Shown here: in pieces, positions 31,058 to 40,289 of the stretch
Layout: every line of letters starts with the position of its first letter
Numbering within the stretch: position 1 is the first letter of the stretch
NCBI GenBank assembly: GCA_963809975.1
Contig: CAWELT010000013.1
Span: forward strand, 56,140-120,139
Reading direction: 5' to 3'
Source: an uncultured Actinomycetes bacterium
GTDB lineage: Bacteria; Actinomycetota; Actinomycetes; Streptosporangiales; Streptosporangiaceae
DNA: 64,000 bases
Position numbers and translations under genes: made by a program
Notes under the pieces: model-generated
Database searches by the model: none
Seen by the model: only the letters and a program-made list of their open reading frames with translations
What the model was told of the DNA's origin: nothing

Positions 31058-32694
31058 CGTCGAAGCTGGGGCTCGATCCGGCCACGGTCCGCGAAGTCCG
31101 CGAGCTGGCCAGGAGGGCGGGCGAGCCGATCACCGAGATGGCCCGCACGCACACGACGGTCTCCGTGGAGCGGGCCGTGCTGCGGCTGGCCGGCCTGCAG
31201 GGCGCCGACGCGGACGGAATGCCGTGGGTCAACCGCCTCACCGACGCCGTGCAGGACAGCGTGGGCCTGGAGCACGGCGTCGCCCTGCCCGTCTGGCACG
31301 CGCTCAGCAGCAACACCCAGCACAGCCTGAAAGACCTCGCCGAGGCCGCCGCCGCGGGCACGGTGACGTTCCGGCTCCCGGAAGGAGACGCCGCACGGAC
31401 GGCCAGGAGCGCAGCCGCCCGTTCGGTCGCCGAGGGGTTCGCCACCATCGACGGGCAGCGGGCGCAGCGGTCCCGCATGATCGCGGCCACCGCCGATCCG
31501 CCCAAGCCGTGGATCTACCTGATCGTGGCGACCGGTGACATCTACGAGGACATCCCGCAGGCGCAGGCCGCCGCGCGGGAGGGCGCGGACATCATCGCGG
31601 TCATCCGCTCCACCGGGCAGTCGCTGCTGGACTACGTGCCCGAGGGCGCGACCCGCGAAGGGTACGCCGGCACGTACGCCACCCAGGAGAACTTCCGGCT
31701 GATGCGCGCGGCGCTGGATGAGACCTCCCGCGAGCTGGGCCGGTACGTGCGGCTCACCAACTACGCGTCCGGGCTGTGCATGCCGGAGATCGCGGCCCTG
31801 GCCGGGCTGGAGCGCCTGGACATGATGCTGAACGACTGCATGTACGGGATCATCTTCCGCGACATCAACCCGCGCCGGACCTTCATCGACCAGCGATTCT
31901 CCCGCCAGGTGCACGCGCGCGCGGGGATCGTGATCAACACGGGCGAGGACAACTACCTGACCACGGCGGACGCGGTAGACGCCGCGCACACCGTCGTGGT
32001 CAGCCAGCTGCTGAACGAGTACTTCGGCCAGGAAGCCGGGCTGGCCGACGCGCAGCTCGGGCTGGGGCACGCGTTCGAGATCAACCCGGCCGTGCCGGAC
32101 TCGTTCCTGCTGGAGCTGGCGCACGCGCAGCTCGTCCGCGAGCTGTTCCCGGACGCACCGCTGAAGTACATGCCGCCGACCAAGCATATGACCGGCAACG
32201 TCTTCGCCGGCTATCTGCTGGACGCCTTCTTCACCCTGTGCGGGCTGATGACGGACCAGTCGATCCTGCTCATCGGCATGATGACCGAGGGGATCCACAC
32301 GCCGTTCCTGTCCGACCGGGACCTGGCGCTGGAGAACGCGCGCTACGTGCGCGCGGCCGCCGGGCGGCTGGGGGAGAGCTTCCGGCCCGAGCCGGACGGG
32401 TTCGTCGCCACGCGGGCGCGCGAGGTGCTGGGGGAGGCGAACGGACTGCTGCGCCGGATCTGCGGCGAGGGGCTGCTGAACGCGATCGCCGACGGGACGT
32501 TCGGCGTGACCAGGCGCCCGCCGGACGGCGGCCGCGGGCTGGACGGCGTGCTGGAGAAGGCCCCGGAGTACTTCAACCCCGCCGCCGGGATCCTCGACGG
32601 CGGCCCGGCCAGCGCCGGGAACATTCGTGATCCCGAACGGGCCTACGAGGACTCTGCGGCTGCCCGCGACCCGGAACCAGCGGAGGCGAAATGA
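31054..32694 (+). CDS. kamD: lysine 5,6-aminomutase alpha subunit
   Basis: Intact 546-aa ORF: PWIYLIVATGDIYEDIPQAQAAAREGADIIAVIRSTGQSLLDY, NTGEDNYLTTADA, LKYMPPTKHMTGN. ATGA overlap with kdd and with kamE. Confidence 0.9.
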   Translation: MTSKLGLDPATVREVRELARRAGEPITEMARTHTTVSVERAVLRLAGLQGADADGMPWVNRLTDAVQDSVGLEHGVALPVWHALSSNTQHSLKDLAEAAAAGTVTFRLPEGDAARTARSAAARSVAEGFATIDGQRAQRSRMIAATADPPKPWIYLIVATGDIYEDIPQAQAAAREGADIIAVIRSTGQSLLDYVPEGATREGYAGTYATQENFRLMRAALDETSRELGRYVRLTNYASGLCMPEIAALAGLERLDMMLNDCMYGIIFRDINPRRTFIDQRFSRQVHARAGIVINTGEDNYLTTADAVDAAHTVVVSQLLNEYFGQEAGLADAQLGLGHAFEINPAVPDSFLLELAHAQLVRELFPDAPLKYMPPTKHMTGNVFAGYLLDAFFTLCGLMTDQSILLIGMMTEGIHTPFLSDRDLALENARYVRAAAGRLGESFRPEPDGFVATRAREVLGEANGLLRRICGEGLLNAIADGTFGVTRRPPDGGRGLDGVLEKAPEYFNPAAGILDGGPASAGNIRDPERAYEDSAAARDPEPAEAK

Positions 32695-33474
32695 TCCGGC
32701 CGTATGGCGACACCACCGGGGACGGCCGCGTGCAGGTGTCGTTCACGCTGCCGGTCCCGTCCGGCAGCGAGACCGAGCGGGCCCGGGCCGAAGGGGCGGC
32801 GCTGCAGCTGGCCGGCAAGATGGGCCTCGACCCGGCGATGGTGGTGCACGCCAAGGGAATCGGCCCCGATTTCACGTTCTTCATCGTCTACGGGCGGGTA
32901 AGCCATCTGGTTGACATGTCCGCGGTGACGGTGGCCGAACGCGCGTACCCGCTGCTGACGGCGCACGGAGGTCAACCTGCGCATCCGCTCAGCGCTCGGC
33001 CGGAAGCTCGTGGTGGTGGGCGCCTGCATCGGGACGGACGCGCACACCGTCGGCATCGACGCCATCCTGAACGTCAAGGGGCACGCGGGCGAAAAGGGGC
33101 TCGAGTACTACCGGGAGATGCGCGTGGTGAACATGGGAGCGCAGGTAGGCGTGCCTGATCTGGTGGCCCGCGCGCGCGCCGAACGGGCCGATGCGGTGCT
33201 GGTCAGCCAGGTGGTGTCGCAGCGTGACGCCCACCTGTCCAACGCGCGGGAGATGGCCGCCGCGTTCCGCGACGCCTACCCGGGCGGCGGGGGACCGGTC
33301 CTCGTGGTCGGCGGGCCGCGGTTCGACCCGGCCGCCGCGGCCGGGCTGGGCGTCGACGCGATCTTCGGGCGCGGGACGACGCCGCGCGAGGTGGCCAGCT
33401 ACCTGGCCGCCACCCTCGATTCCGGGCCCGGCCCATGTCTAGCGCGGCCGATCGGCGGCTGGGGCTGTCGGTGA
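32691..33474 (+). pseudogene. kamE: lysine 5,6-aminomutase beta subunit (B12-binding), frameshift near 32962-32970
   Basis: The N-terminus MIRPYGDTTGDGRVQVSFTLPVP...ERAYPLLT is in ORF 32691. EVNLRIRSALGRKLVVVGACIGTDAHTVGIDAILNVKG (DxHxxG B12 motif) and the Rossmann part are in ORF 33010..33474. Confidence 0.85.
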
Positions 33475-33851
33475 CGCACCGCCGGTACGTGAGCTACGCG
33501 GACGCGCACTACGGCGGGAACCTGGTGGACGGTGCGTACGCGCTGGCCCTGTTCGGCGACGTGGCCACCGAGATGTGCATCCGGATGGACGGCGACGAGG
33601 GGCTGTTCGCCTCCTACTCCGACGTGCAGTTCCGCGCGCCGGTGCAGGCGGGCGACGTCATCGAGGCCACGGCCGCGGTCACCGTCATCGGGCGGCGCAG
33701 CCGGGAGCTGACGTTCGAGGCCAGCGTGGTCTGCCGGGCCGACCCGGCGCGGGGGCCCTCGGCCGCGGCCGTGCTCCCGGAGCGGCTGGTCGTGGCCACC
33801 GCCACCGGGACCGTGGTAGTCCCAGAGCACAATCCCGACTCCGTTGTGTAA
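33435..33851 (+). CDS. kal: 3-aminobutyryl-CoA ammonia-lyase (hotdog fold)
   Basis: 138-aa ORF: YVSYADAHYGGNLVDGAYALALFGDVATE, FRAPVQAGDVIEA. Its position directly after kamDE matches the lysine fermentation gene order. Confidence 0.75.
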   Translation: MSSAADRRLGLSVTHRRYVSYADAHYGGNLVDGAYALALFGDVATEMCIRMDGDEGLFASYSDVQFRAPVQAGDVIEATAAVTVIGRRSRELTFEASVVCRADPARGPSAAAVLPERLVVATATGTVVVPEHNPDSVV

Positions 33852-34443
33852 CTGAAACGGGGCCTTTCGGCTACGGTAGCCGCCTAACCCGTATACGTAC
33901 AGTAACGATCGCGGGGTTGACATCGTCGGGAGGAGGGGTAAGTTTCTGCACACAGTCCAGCACCGGGCTGGCTGGCCGGAGGTGGCTGGCCCGCCGTTAT
34001 CTGGACCGCGCCAAGGCGGGGGCGTATGCATCCAGCCGTTTCAGTGCCCGGCGCGGCGAGATGGGCTGCTACGCGGAACCGGCTGGACGGGGGGTTGGGC
34101 TTGGGAGGGGGCCTGGGCGCCCAGTAGACAACGGTGGCCGAGCTCGTTGCCGGCGAGACGGTCCCCGGTCCGAAGGCGCAGCCCGGGTCCCTTTCCTTCG
34201 CCCACAGGTTTCCCGGCCGCTCTGGGGTGGCAGACGTCCCTGGACGTGCGTGGCAGATGATCCCGGGGCGGCGCCCGGCCTGCGCGCTGGCGCCCCCATG
34301 ATCGCGGCGCGTGCGGCGGGTACCGGGGGGAAAGACTCAGCGCCACAGGTGAGAGGCTCAGCTGTCCGTCGGCGAAAGTATGGGGCGGGGCCGATATCCT
34401 GGTCGGCCAGGACCAGCGACTCACCCAGGCGGAGGCAGCAAGC

Positions 34444-35220
34444 GTGGCAGAGCCCACTTCCCCCATCGAGCGCGTCGCCGTCATCATGCCGACCTACGAG
34501 GAGCGGCAGAATCTGGAGGCCGTCGCCGGCCGCCTGCGCGCTGCGGTCCCGCACGCGGATCTTCTGGTCGTCGACGACAACAGCCCCGATGGGACCGGTG
34601 ACCTGGCCGACAAGCTGTCCGAGGCCGACGCGCACATTCAGGTTCTGCACCGGACCGACAAGGCCGGGCTCGGCCCGGCTTACATCGCCGGATTCCGCTG
34701 GGCCCTGGAGCGCGGCTACGACGCTGTGGTGGAGATGGACGCGGACGGGTCGCACCAGCCTGAGCAGCTGCCGCTGCTGCTGGCCGCGCTGGATGGCGCG
34801 GACGGGGTGATCGGTTCCCGGTGGATACCGGGCGGGCGGCTGCTGAACTGGCCGAAGTCCCGGGAGATGCTGTCCCGCGGGGCCAACCTCTACACCCGGC
34901 TCATGCTGGGGCTCGACATCCGGGACGCGACCGGCGGCTACCGCGCCTACCGGACCTCCGCGCTGCGCGCGATCAGCCTGGACACGGTGGAGTCGGCGGG
35001 CTACTGCTTTCAGATCGACCTGACGCTGCGCCTGATCCACGCCGGACTGCGGATCGTCGAGGTCCCCATCACGTTCGTGGAACGGGAGCGGGGGGCGAGC
35101 AAGATGAGCCGGGCCATCATCGGAGAGGCCTTCCTGCGCGTCGCGCAATGGGGCATCGCCGACCGGATGAAGAACCTGCGGGCCCGGGGACGCCGGGCCC
35201 GGCAGCGCCCCGGGGCGTAA
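34444..35220 (+). CDS. ppm1: polyprenol-monophosphomannose synthase (GT2)
   Basis: VIMPTYEERQNL, LLVVDDNSPDGT, VVEMDADGSHQP, SGYRAY-type motif GGYRAY, FVERERGASKMS. Confidence 0.9.
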   Translation: MAEPTSPIERVAVIMPTYEERQNLEAVAGRLRAAVPHADLLVVDDNSPDGTGDLADKLSEADAHIQVLHRTDKAGLGPAYIAGFRWALERGYDAVVEMDADGSHQPEQLPLLLAALDGADGVIGSRWIPGGRLLNWPKSREMLSRGANLYTRLMLGLDIRDATGGYRAYRTSALRAISLDTVESAGYCFQIDLTLRLIHAGLRIVEVPITFVERERGASKMSRAIIGEAFLRVAQWGIADRMKNLRARGRRARQRPGA

Positions 35221-35239
35221 AACCCCGGGGCGCTGCCGG
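35199..35239 (+). terminator. perfect 17-bp stem / 7-nt loop hairpin spanning the ppm1 stop codon
   Basis: CCGGCAGCGCCCCGGGG cgtaaaa CCCCGGGGCGCTGCCGG read directly, with the TAA in the loop. There is no U-tract, which is common for actinobacterial intrinsic terminators. Confidence 0.5.
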
Positions 35240-35406
35240 TTCAGTCCTGGTCACCGCCGGCTGGTGCCTGCCGACGGGTGACCGTCTGCAGGCCGGGCAT
35301 GCCGGGCTGAGGGACAAGGCTGACGTCGACAGGGCTTACAGCCGACAGGGCGTACGGCGACCTGCTACGGCGGCGGGGCCTACGGGGGCACAGGACCCGC
35401 GCCGGC

Positions 35407-35793
35407 TCAGGCGCTCTTGCGCTGCCGGCGGTCGCGGCGGGCGTCGGTTTCCCTGGCGGTGCCGCGCCGTCCCCTGATGACCTCGAGCCGCTCCGCCAGG
35501 ACCGCCTCCAGATCGTCGACCGTGCGCCGCTCCAGCAGCATGTCCCAGTGGCTGCGCGGCGGCTTGACCTTCTTCGGCGTGGGCGACTCGCCGGTAGCCG
35601 CGAAGGCGACCGCACCACACACCCGGCATTCCCAGGTGGGGGGAAGCTCGGCCTCGGCGGCGAAGGGTACGGTAAAGTGGTGGCCCTTAGGACAGTCGAA
35701 AGCGACCTCCTGTCGCGGGGCGAGGTCGGTGTTGCGGTCGTTTTCGTAGCTCGTCGACCCGAGCCGGGTGCCGCGTAGTGCGCGTTCGGCCAT
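35407..35793 (-). CDS. rbpA: RNA polymerase-binding protein RbpA
   Basis: MAERALRGTRLGSTSYENDRNTDLAPRQEVAFDCPKGHHFTVPF...TWECRVCG...PRSHWDMLLERR. Start at the internal Met (35793). Confidence 0.9.
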   Translation of the reverse strand: MAERALRGTRLGSTSYENDRNTDLAPRQEVAFDCPKGHHFTVPFAAEAELPPTWECRVCGAVAFAATGESPTPKKVKPPRSHWDMLLERRTVDDLEAVLAERLEVIRGRRGTARETDARRDRRQRKSA

Positions 35794-35989
35794 TGGCGTG
35801 CTGCCTCCCAAGCGGTCAGCCATTCACGTTTATCAACGCTGAATACGCGGTCAAGATTCCCGATTACGCTTCGATCCAACCCTGATCCGCACGCCGAATA
35901 CCCGGCACGCAAATTTTTCCGCGGTGCCGAGCGGGAAGAACCGGGGCCCGCCCGGGGGCAGCGCCGGTAAGAGGCAGCCGAGGGGCCGG

Positions 35990-36781
35990 TCAGGAGGGCC
36001 AGACGCCCCGCTCGATCAGCAGGTCACGCAGCACGACCGTCTCATCCGTCATGATACCGTCAGCGCCCAGATCGAGCGCGCGCTCCATGTCCTCGCGGCG
36101 GTTGAGGGTCCACACGTGCACCTGCAGCCCCGCTTTGTGCGCCTTGCCGATGAACGGCCCGGTGGCGACCCGGGCCGGTACCTGCGCGCAGTGCACGCCC
36201 GTGCGGGCGAGGCGTTCGGCCAGCGCGCCGCCGCACCGGGGGACGCCGCCGATGAGCCGTAGCGCCGCTACCCCGGCCGGGGACAGGGCCATGCAGACCG
36301 GGCGGTCGAGCAGTACCCGGGCCGCGTGCAGCCGGCGCGCCGAGAACGAGGTGACACAGACCCGGTCCCACGCGCCGGTACGGCGCAGGACGTCCATCAT
36401 GGGCCGGATCGCGAGCACGTCCTTCAGGTCGACGTTGAACCGCAGGCCGGGCCAGGCGCCCAGCAGGTCCTCGATCAGCGGGATCGGCTCGGTGCCGGCG
36501 ACCCGGGCCCCGGCCACTTCGCGGTAGTGCATCCGCGCGATCCGGCCGGTGCGGTCCGTGGCCCGGTCCAGCGTGCGGTCGTGGAAGGCCAGGAGCACAC
36601 CGTCCGCGGTGGCCCGGGCGTCGGTCTCCAGGTGCGTGTAGCCGAGTCCGATGGCGTGCTCGAAGGCCGCCCAGGAATTCTCCGGCTGATGCGCCGCTCC
36701 GCCCCGGTGCGCGAACGCAATGGGGAGGGTGCGGTCCAGGTAGGCAACGGGACGGCGTTGATCAACGTCTGCTCGCAGCAC
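35990..36781 (-). CDS. glycerophosphodiester phosphodiesterase
   Basis: IAFAHRGGAAHQPENSWAAFEHAIGLGYTHLETDARAT, FHDRTLDR, VHVWTLN. Confidence 0.85.
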   Translation of the reverse strand: MLRADVDQRRPVAYLDRTLPIAFAHRGGAAHQPENSWAAFEHAIGLGYTHLETDARATADGVLLAFHDRTLDRATDRTGRIARMHYREVAGARVAGTEPIPLIEDLLGAWPGLRFNVDLKDVLAIRPMMDVLRRTGAWDRVCVTSFSARRLHAARVLLDRPVCMALSPAGVAALRLIGGVPRCGGALAERLARTGVHCAQVPARVATGPFIGKAHKAGLQVHVWTLNRREDMERALDLGADGIMTDETVVLRDLLIERGVWPS

Positions 36782-36829
36782 GTTCTTCAGTATTGGTGAG
36801 GCGTCTGTGTCGTTGGTGAACAGCGGAAA

Positions 36830-37471
36830 TCATCCCGGCGAGGTTTCGGTGTCAGGTTCCCGCCGGTCCCTCGGGTCCGGCGGGCCCTGCGAGCCTGGGT
36901 GGCCTGCGGTCTCCCATTCGCGGCGCCGGGCCTCAGCCAGCGCGATGCCCGCCGCGACCGCGACGTTCAGTGAGCCTACCCTGCCCACCTGGGGGATGTA
37001 GGCGGCCGCGGCGCAGGCGGCGAGCAGCGCGGGGGAGCAGCCGTGGTCCTCGTTGCCGATCGCCAGGCAGACGTCACCGCCGACCGGCGCCTCGTAGAGG
37101 GGCACGGCGCCGGCGGCCAGCTCGATGGCGACCACCCGCAGCCCGGCGGCGGCCGCGGCCTTGGCCGCCGAGACGGGGGAAGGCTCACGCTCCCAGGTGA
37201 GGAACCGCTCCGTGCCGAGCGCGGTCTTGCGCACCGACGGATGATCCAGCGGCGCGGTGTTACCGCACAGCCAGACGTGCTCCACGCCGAACGCCGCGGC
37301 CGTGCGGGCGATCGAGCCGACGTTGAATGGCTGGGTCACCGAATCCAGCAGCAGCGCGATCCGGCCCTGCGTGCTGCGCCGCCACGCCCGGTTGAGCCGC
37401 TTGACCTCGGTCGGGCGGAGCTGCCGGGGCCGGTTCCCGCCGTCGCCGGGCGTCCCCTCCGGGGCCGTCAC
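36830..37471 (-). CDS. TrmH/SpoU family RNA 2'-O-methyltransferase
   Basis: LLLDSVTQPFNVGSIARTAAAFG, LAIGNEDHGCS, IPQVGRVGSLNVAVAAGIALAE. The GTG start overlaps the upstream TGA (GTGA). Confidence 0.85.
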   Translation of the reverse strand: MTAPEGTPGDGGNRPRQLRPTEVKRLNRAWRRSTQGRIALLLDSVTQPFNVGSIARTAAAFGVEHVWLCGNTAPLDHPSVRKTALGTERFLTWEREPSPVSAAKAAAAAGLRVVAIELAAGAVPLYEAPVGGDVCLAIGNEDHGCSPALLAACAAAAYIPQVGRVGSLNVAVAAGIALAEARRREWETAGHPGSQGPPDPRDRREPDTETSPG

Positions 37472-38138
37472 GGCGTCCCCTCCTGGGCAGCGGGCCGGGT
37501 GATGCGCAGGACCCGGTAGCCGCCCGGGACGCGATCCGGCTCACGTCCCAGCCCTGGGCGGTCAGCCACCGGTGCAGCGAGTCGGCGCCCAGGTGGCGCT
37601 GGACGACGGCGGTGGCGGCGGCGCCGGGCGCCAGCCGGGGCAGCCAGCGGCCGAGCAGCTCGTGCAGGGCCTGCTTGCCGATGCGGATCGGCGGATTCGA
37701 CCAGATGCCGGCGAAGGTCGCGGGCAGCGCCGGGTCATCGGGCGTGGTGCACCGCACGTTGGCCAGCCCCGCGCTGGCCGCGTTCTGCGCGCACAGGTCC
37801 AGGGCGCGCTCGTTCACATCCACCGCCCAGACCGTCGCGGCGGGCGCGCGGCGCGCGAGCACCAGCGCGATCGGCCCGTACCCGCTGCCCAGATCGAGCA
37901 GATCGGCGCCGCGCAGGTCCCGCTCGCCCAGATCGGGACCGGGCAGGCCAGCGGCGGGCGGGGCGCTCAGCGGATCGGCCGCGACGTCGAGCAGCAGGCG
38001 GGTGCCGGGGTCGACGCGGCCGGGGGAGAACACGCCCGCGTCGGTGGCCAGCTCCAGGTGCACATCCGGCAGCAGCACGTGCACCTGGCCGGGCCGGTGC
38101 CCGGTCTCAGGGTGCGCGGTGAAGTAGTGGTCGCTCAC
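37468..38138 (-). pseudogene. class I SAM-dependent methyltransferase (RsmC/MTS small-domain type), frameshift near 37521-37527
   Basis: FSPGRVDPGTRLLL, LLDLGSGYGPIALVLA, IWSNPPIRIGK. The natural end GYRVLRITRPAAQEGTP-TGA (stop 37468-37470) is one frame off from ORF 37260..38138. Confidence 0.8.
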
Positions 38139-38457
38139 GGTCCGCTGTCGTCTCCGCGGCCAGGGCCGGGTTGATGTACCGCCGGGTCATCCAGCGCTCG
38201 ACCACGAACGTCAGGATGGGGATGGTCCCGGCCAGCAGCACCAGCACCGTGGGCACGATGGCCAGCCGCAGCTTCCACGCCAGCAGGGCCGCGGTGACCA
38301 GGTAGATCATGTACAGGATGCCGTGCCCGGTGCCGACCACGTTGACCAGCGCGGGGTGCCCGGCGATCTGCAGCGGGATGCCCACGAAACAAAGGATCAT
38401 GAGCACCACACCGGTGATGTAGGCCATGACGCGGTACCGGAGCACGGTTCCTCGCAC
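38107..38457 (-). CDS. DUF3817 domain membrane protein
   Basis: LRYRVMAYITGVVLMILCFVGIPLQ...GHGILYMIYLVTA...LAGTIPILTFVVERW. Confidence 0.8.
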   Translation of the reverse strand: MRGTVLRYRVMAYITGVVLMILCFVGIPLQIAGHPALVNVVGTGHGILYMIYLVTAALLAWKLRLAIVPTVLVLLAGTIPILTFVVERWMTRRYINPALAAETTADRERPLLHRAP

Positions 38458-38559
38458 CGGCGCTACCTCCTGATTCTCCTGGCTCTTGCCCTGGCTGATT
38501 CCCTGCTGGGCGCCGACTGCTTCGCTGGATGCTTCCGGCTGGTTTCGCCGCGGCCCGTG

Positions 38560-39001
38560 TTACCGGCCGCGGCTCTCGGCCTTCCGGTTGAGCCGGGCCA
38601 GGTACGCGTTGTAGGCGGCGAGCTCCGGGTCGTAGAGCTCGATCTCGCCGGACCTACTACCCGCCATAGTAGTCCCGTCCGGGCCGGCCGCGCCGCGCCG
38701 GCAGGCCCGGCAGGTCCGGCGCCGCCGCCGACGTGACCTGGCCGCTGCGGATGCGGATCTCGTCCCGGATCGTCTTGCCCCAGAACACCGCGCCCATCAG
38801 CGCGAAGATGGGCCACTCGAACGTGTAAGCCCAGCTCAGCGCGTTACCGGACAGGGCGCGGTGCAACTGCCAGTCACCCAGCCAGAACATGCCCCAGAAG
38901 GCCACGACCGCGAACGCGTGCCAGGCGAGCCAGGGCGGCGAGATCATAAACCGCCACTTGGCGGCCCGGCGCGCCCCGCCAGCCGTCCCGGCATTGTCCA
39001 T
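38560..39001 (-). pseudogene. small membrane protein; the conserved-looking tail is in another frame (or is a separate 35-codon ORF)
   Basis: ORF 38657..39001 has two TM segments (WLAWHAFAVVAFWGMFWLGDWQLHRA, WPIFALMGAVFWG). My translation of 38667..38560 gives MAGSRSGEIELYDPELAAYNAYLARLNRKAESRGR. The junction lies in the inverted repeat GGACTACTAtggcggGTAGTAGGTCC. Confidence 0.45.
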
Positions 39002-39164
39002 GCCATGAGGGTAACGCCGGCACTCCGATGCCGGGACGCGGGTAGCGCTTCCGGAATTCAGATGTCAGCGCGGCCGCCGCAGAAAGGATCGTCACCGTGA
39101 GTCCATCAGAACATAACTTTGCGTTACGGCCCGCGCGCGGGCCCGTTCGGTAATAATCGAGCGT

Positions 39165-39533
39165 ATGGCGCTGGCTGATGCGATCTTCTCGCGACGGGAC
39201 GGGCTGTCGGAACGTCTCCCTCACCGGCTCGAGGACCTGCGCGGTCCGCACGAGGGCGTTGTCGTGCTGCCCGTCCATCTCACCTGGCATGGCCTGCGCG
39301 AATTCGACGTGTCCAGGGTCGAGTCACGGCTCGTGCTGTACAGCATCCTGCTGGGCCAGGGCCGGCGCGCCGACCTGGCGCGGTTCGTCAGCGCGCGGCG
39401 GCTGGCCGAGGACTGGCCGACGCTGGCCGCGCTGCTGAGCGAGCGAATTCGCCGGGCCTGCGAGCGCCGGCTGGGCTTGTTATATGCGCGGTTGGACCGA
39501 TATGCCAGGCTGGACCCATGCGTAAATACGTGA
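39165..39533 (+). CDS. hypothetical protein
   Basis: 122-aa ORF with GC3-rich codons. It ends 15 nt inside the next gene. No motif recognised. Confidence 0.4.
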   Translation: MALADAIFSRRDGLSERLPHRLEDLRGPHEGVVVLPVHLTWHGLREFDVSRVESRLVLYSILLGQGRRADLARFVSARRLAEDWPTLAALLSERIRRACERRLGLLYARLDRYARLDPCVNT

Positions 39534-40195
39534 TCATGGGAGTGCAGGGCAGTGGCAAGGGCACGCAGAGCAAGATGCTCGCCGGCGGCTTCGATCTCGT
39601 CCACATCAGCGTGGGCGACATCTTCCGCTGGAACGTGGTGAACCATACCAAGATGGGCGCCCAGGTCCGGCGGATCATGGCCGAGGGCCAGCTGGTCGGC
39701 GACGACATGGCTGAATCGGTGGTCCGCGACCGGCTCACCGGGCACGACTGGAACTACGGCTTCATCATCGACGGCTTCCCCCGCAACCGGCGGCAGGCCG
39801 AGTTCTTCCTGGAGAGCTACGACATCGACGGGGTGATCGACCTCGACATGCCCGACAGCGAGGTGCGGCGGCGGGTCCTCGCCCGGCGGCTCTGCTCCAG
39901 CTGCGGCATGGACTACAACCTGCTGGCCAACACCCCGGCCGAGCCCGGCAAGTGTGACGTCTGCGGGGGCGAGCTGATCACCAGGGAAGACGACACCGAG
40001 GAGGCCCTCGCCGTGCGGCTGAAGGACTTCCACGAGAAGACCAACCCGGTCCTCGACCTGTTCCGCCGCAAGGAGTACGTGATCACGGTCGACGCCCGCG
40101 CGCCCAAGCGCGTCGTCCAGCAGGAAATCCGGGCCAAGCTGGGCCTGCCGCTGCTGCCCGGCGAAGACAACGGAGCCGACGGCAACGGGGCGTAA
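39518..40195 (+). CDS. adenylate kinase family protein (long form with zinc lid; divergent paralogue)
   Basis: P-loop GVQGSGKGTQ, GFIIDGFPRN, lid CSSCG...CDVCGGELITREDD. It is not in the ribosomal-protein/secY context of the canonical adk. Confidence 0.85.
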   Translation: MRKYVIMGVQGSGKGTQSKMLAGGFDLVHISVGDIFRWNVVNHTKMGAQVRRIMAEGQLVGDDMAESVVRDRLTGHDWNYGFIIDGFPRNRRQAEFFLESYDIDGVIDLDMPDSEVRRRVLARRLCSSCGMDYNLLANTPAEPGKCDVCGGELITREDDTEEALAVRLKDFHEKTNPVLDLFRRKEYVITVDARAPKRVVQQEIRAKLGLPLLPGEDNGADGNGA

Positions 40196-40289
40196 GGAAA
40201 GGGGGCGACGACAAGGGCGTGGGAAGCGAGGCGGTAGACAAAGGAAGAGAGCACAGCCTGACGGGCCCGGCTGGCGCACGACCGAGGGA

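Noticed and set aside
33852-34443. Possible cobalamin riboswitch or other leader near the B12-dependent kamDE genes, plus a sigma70-like promoter match (TTGACA 33917-33922, 16-nt spacer, TAAGTT 33939-33944) ahead of ppm1.
   Set aside because: I found no B12-box or GCCACTG-type core, or any other riboswitch signature I could recognise. The promoter hexamers are a single unsupported match about 500 nt from the ppm1 start. It needs a covariance-model scan or transcription-start data before being called.
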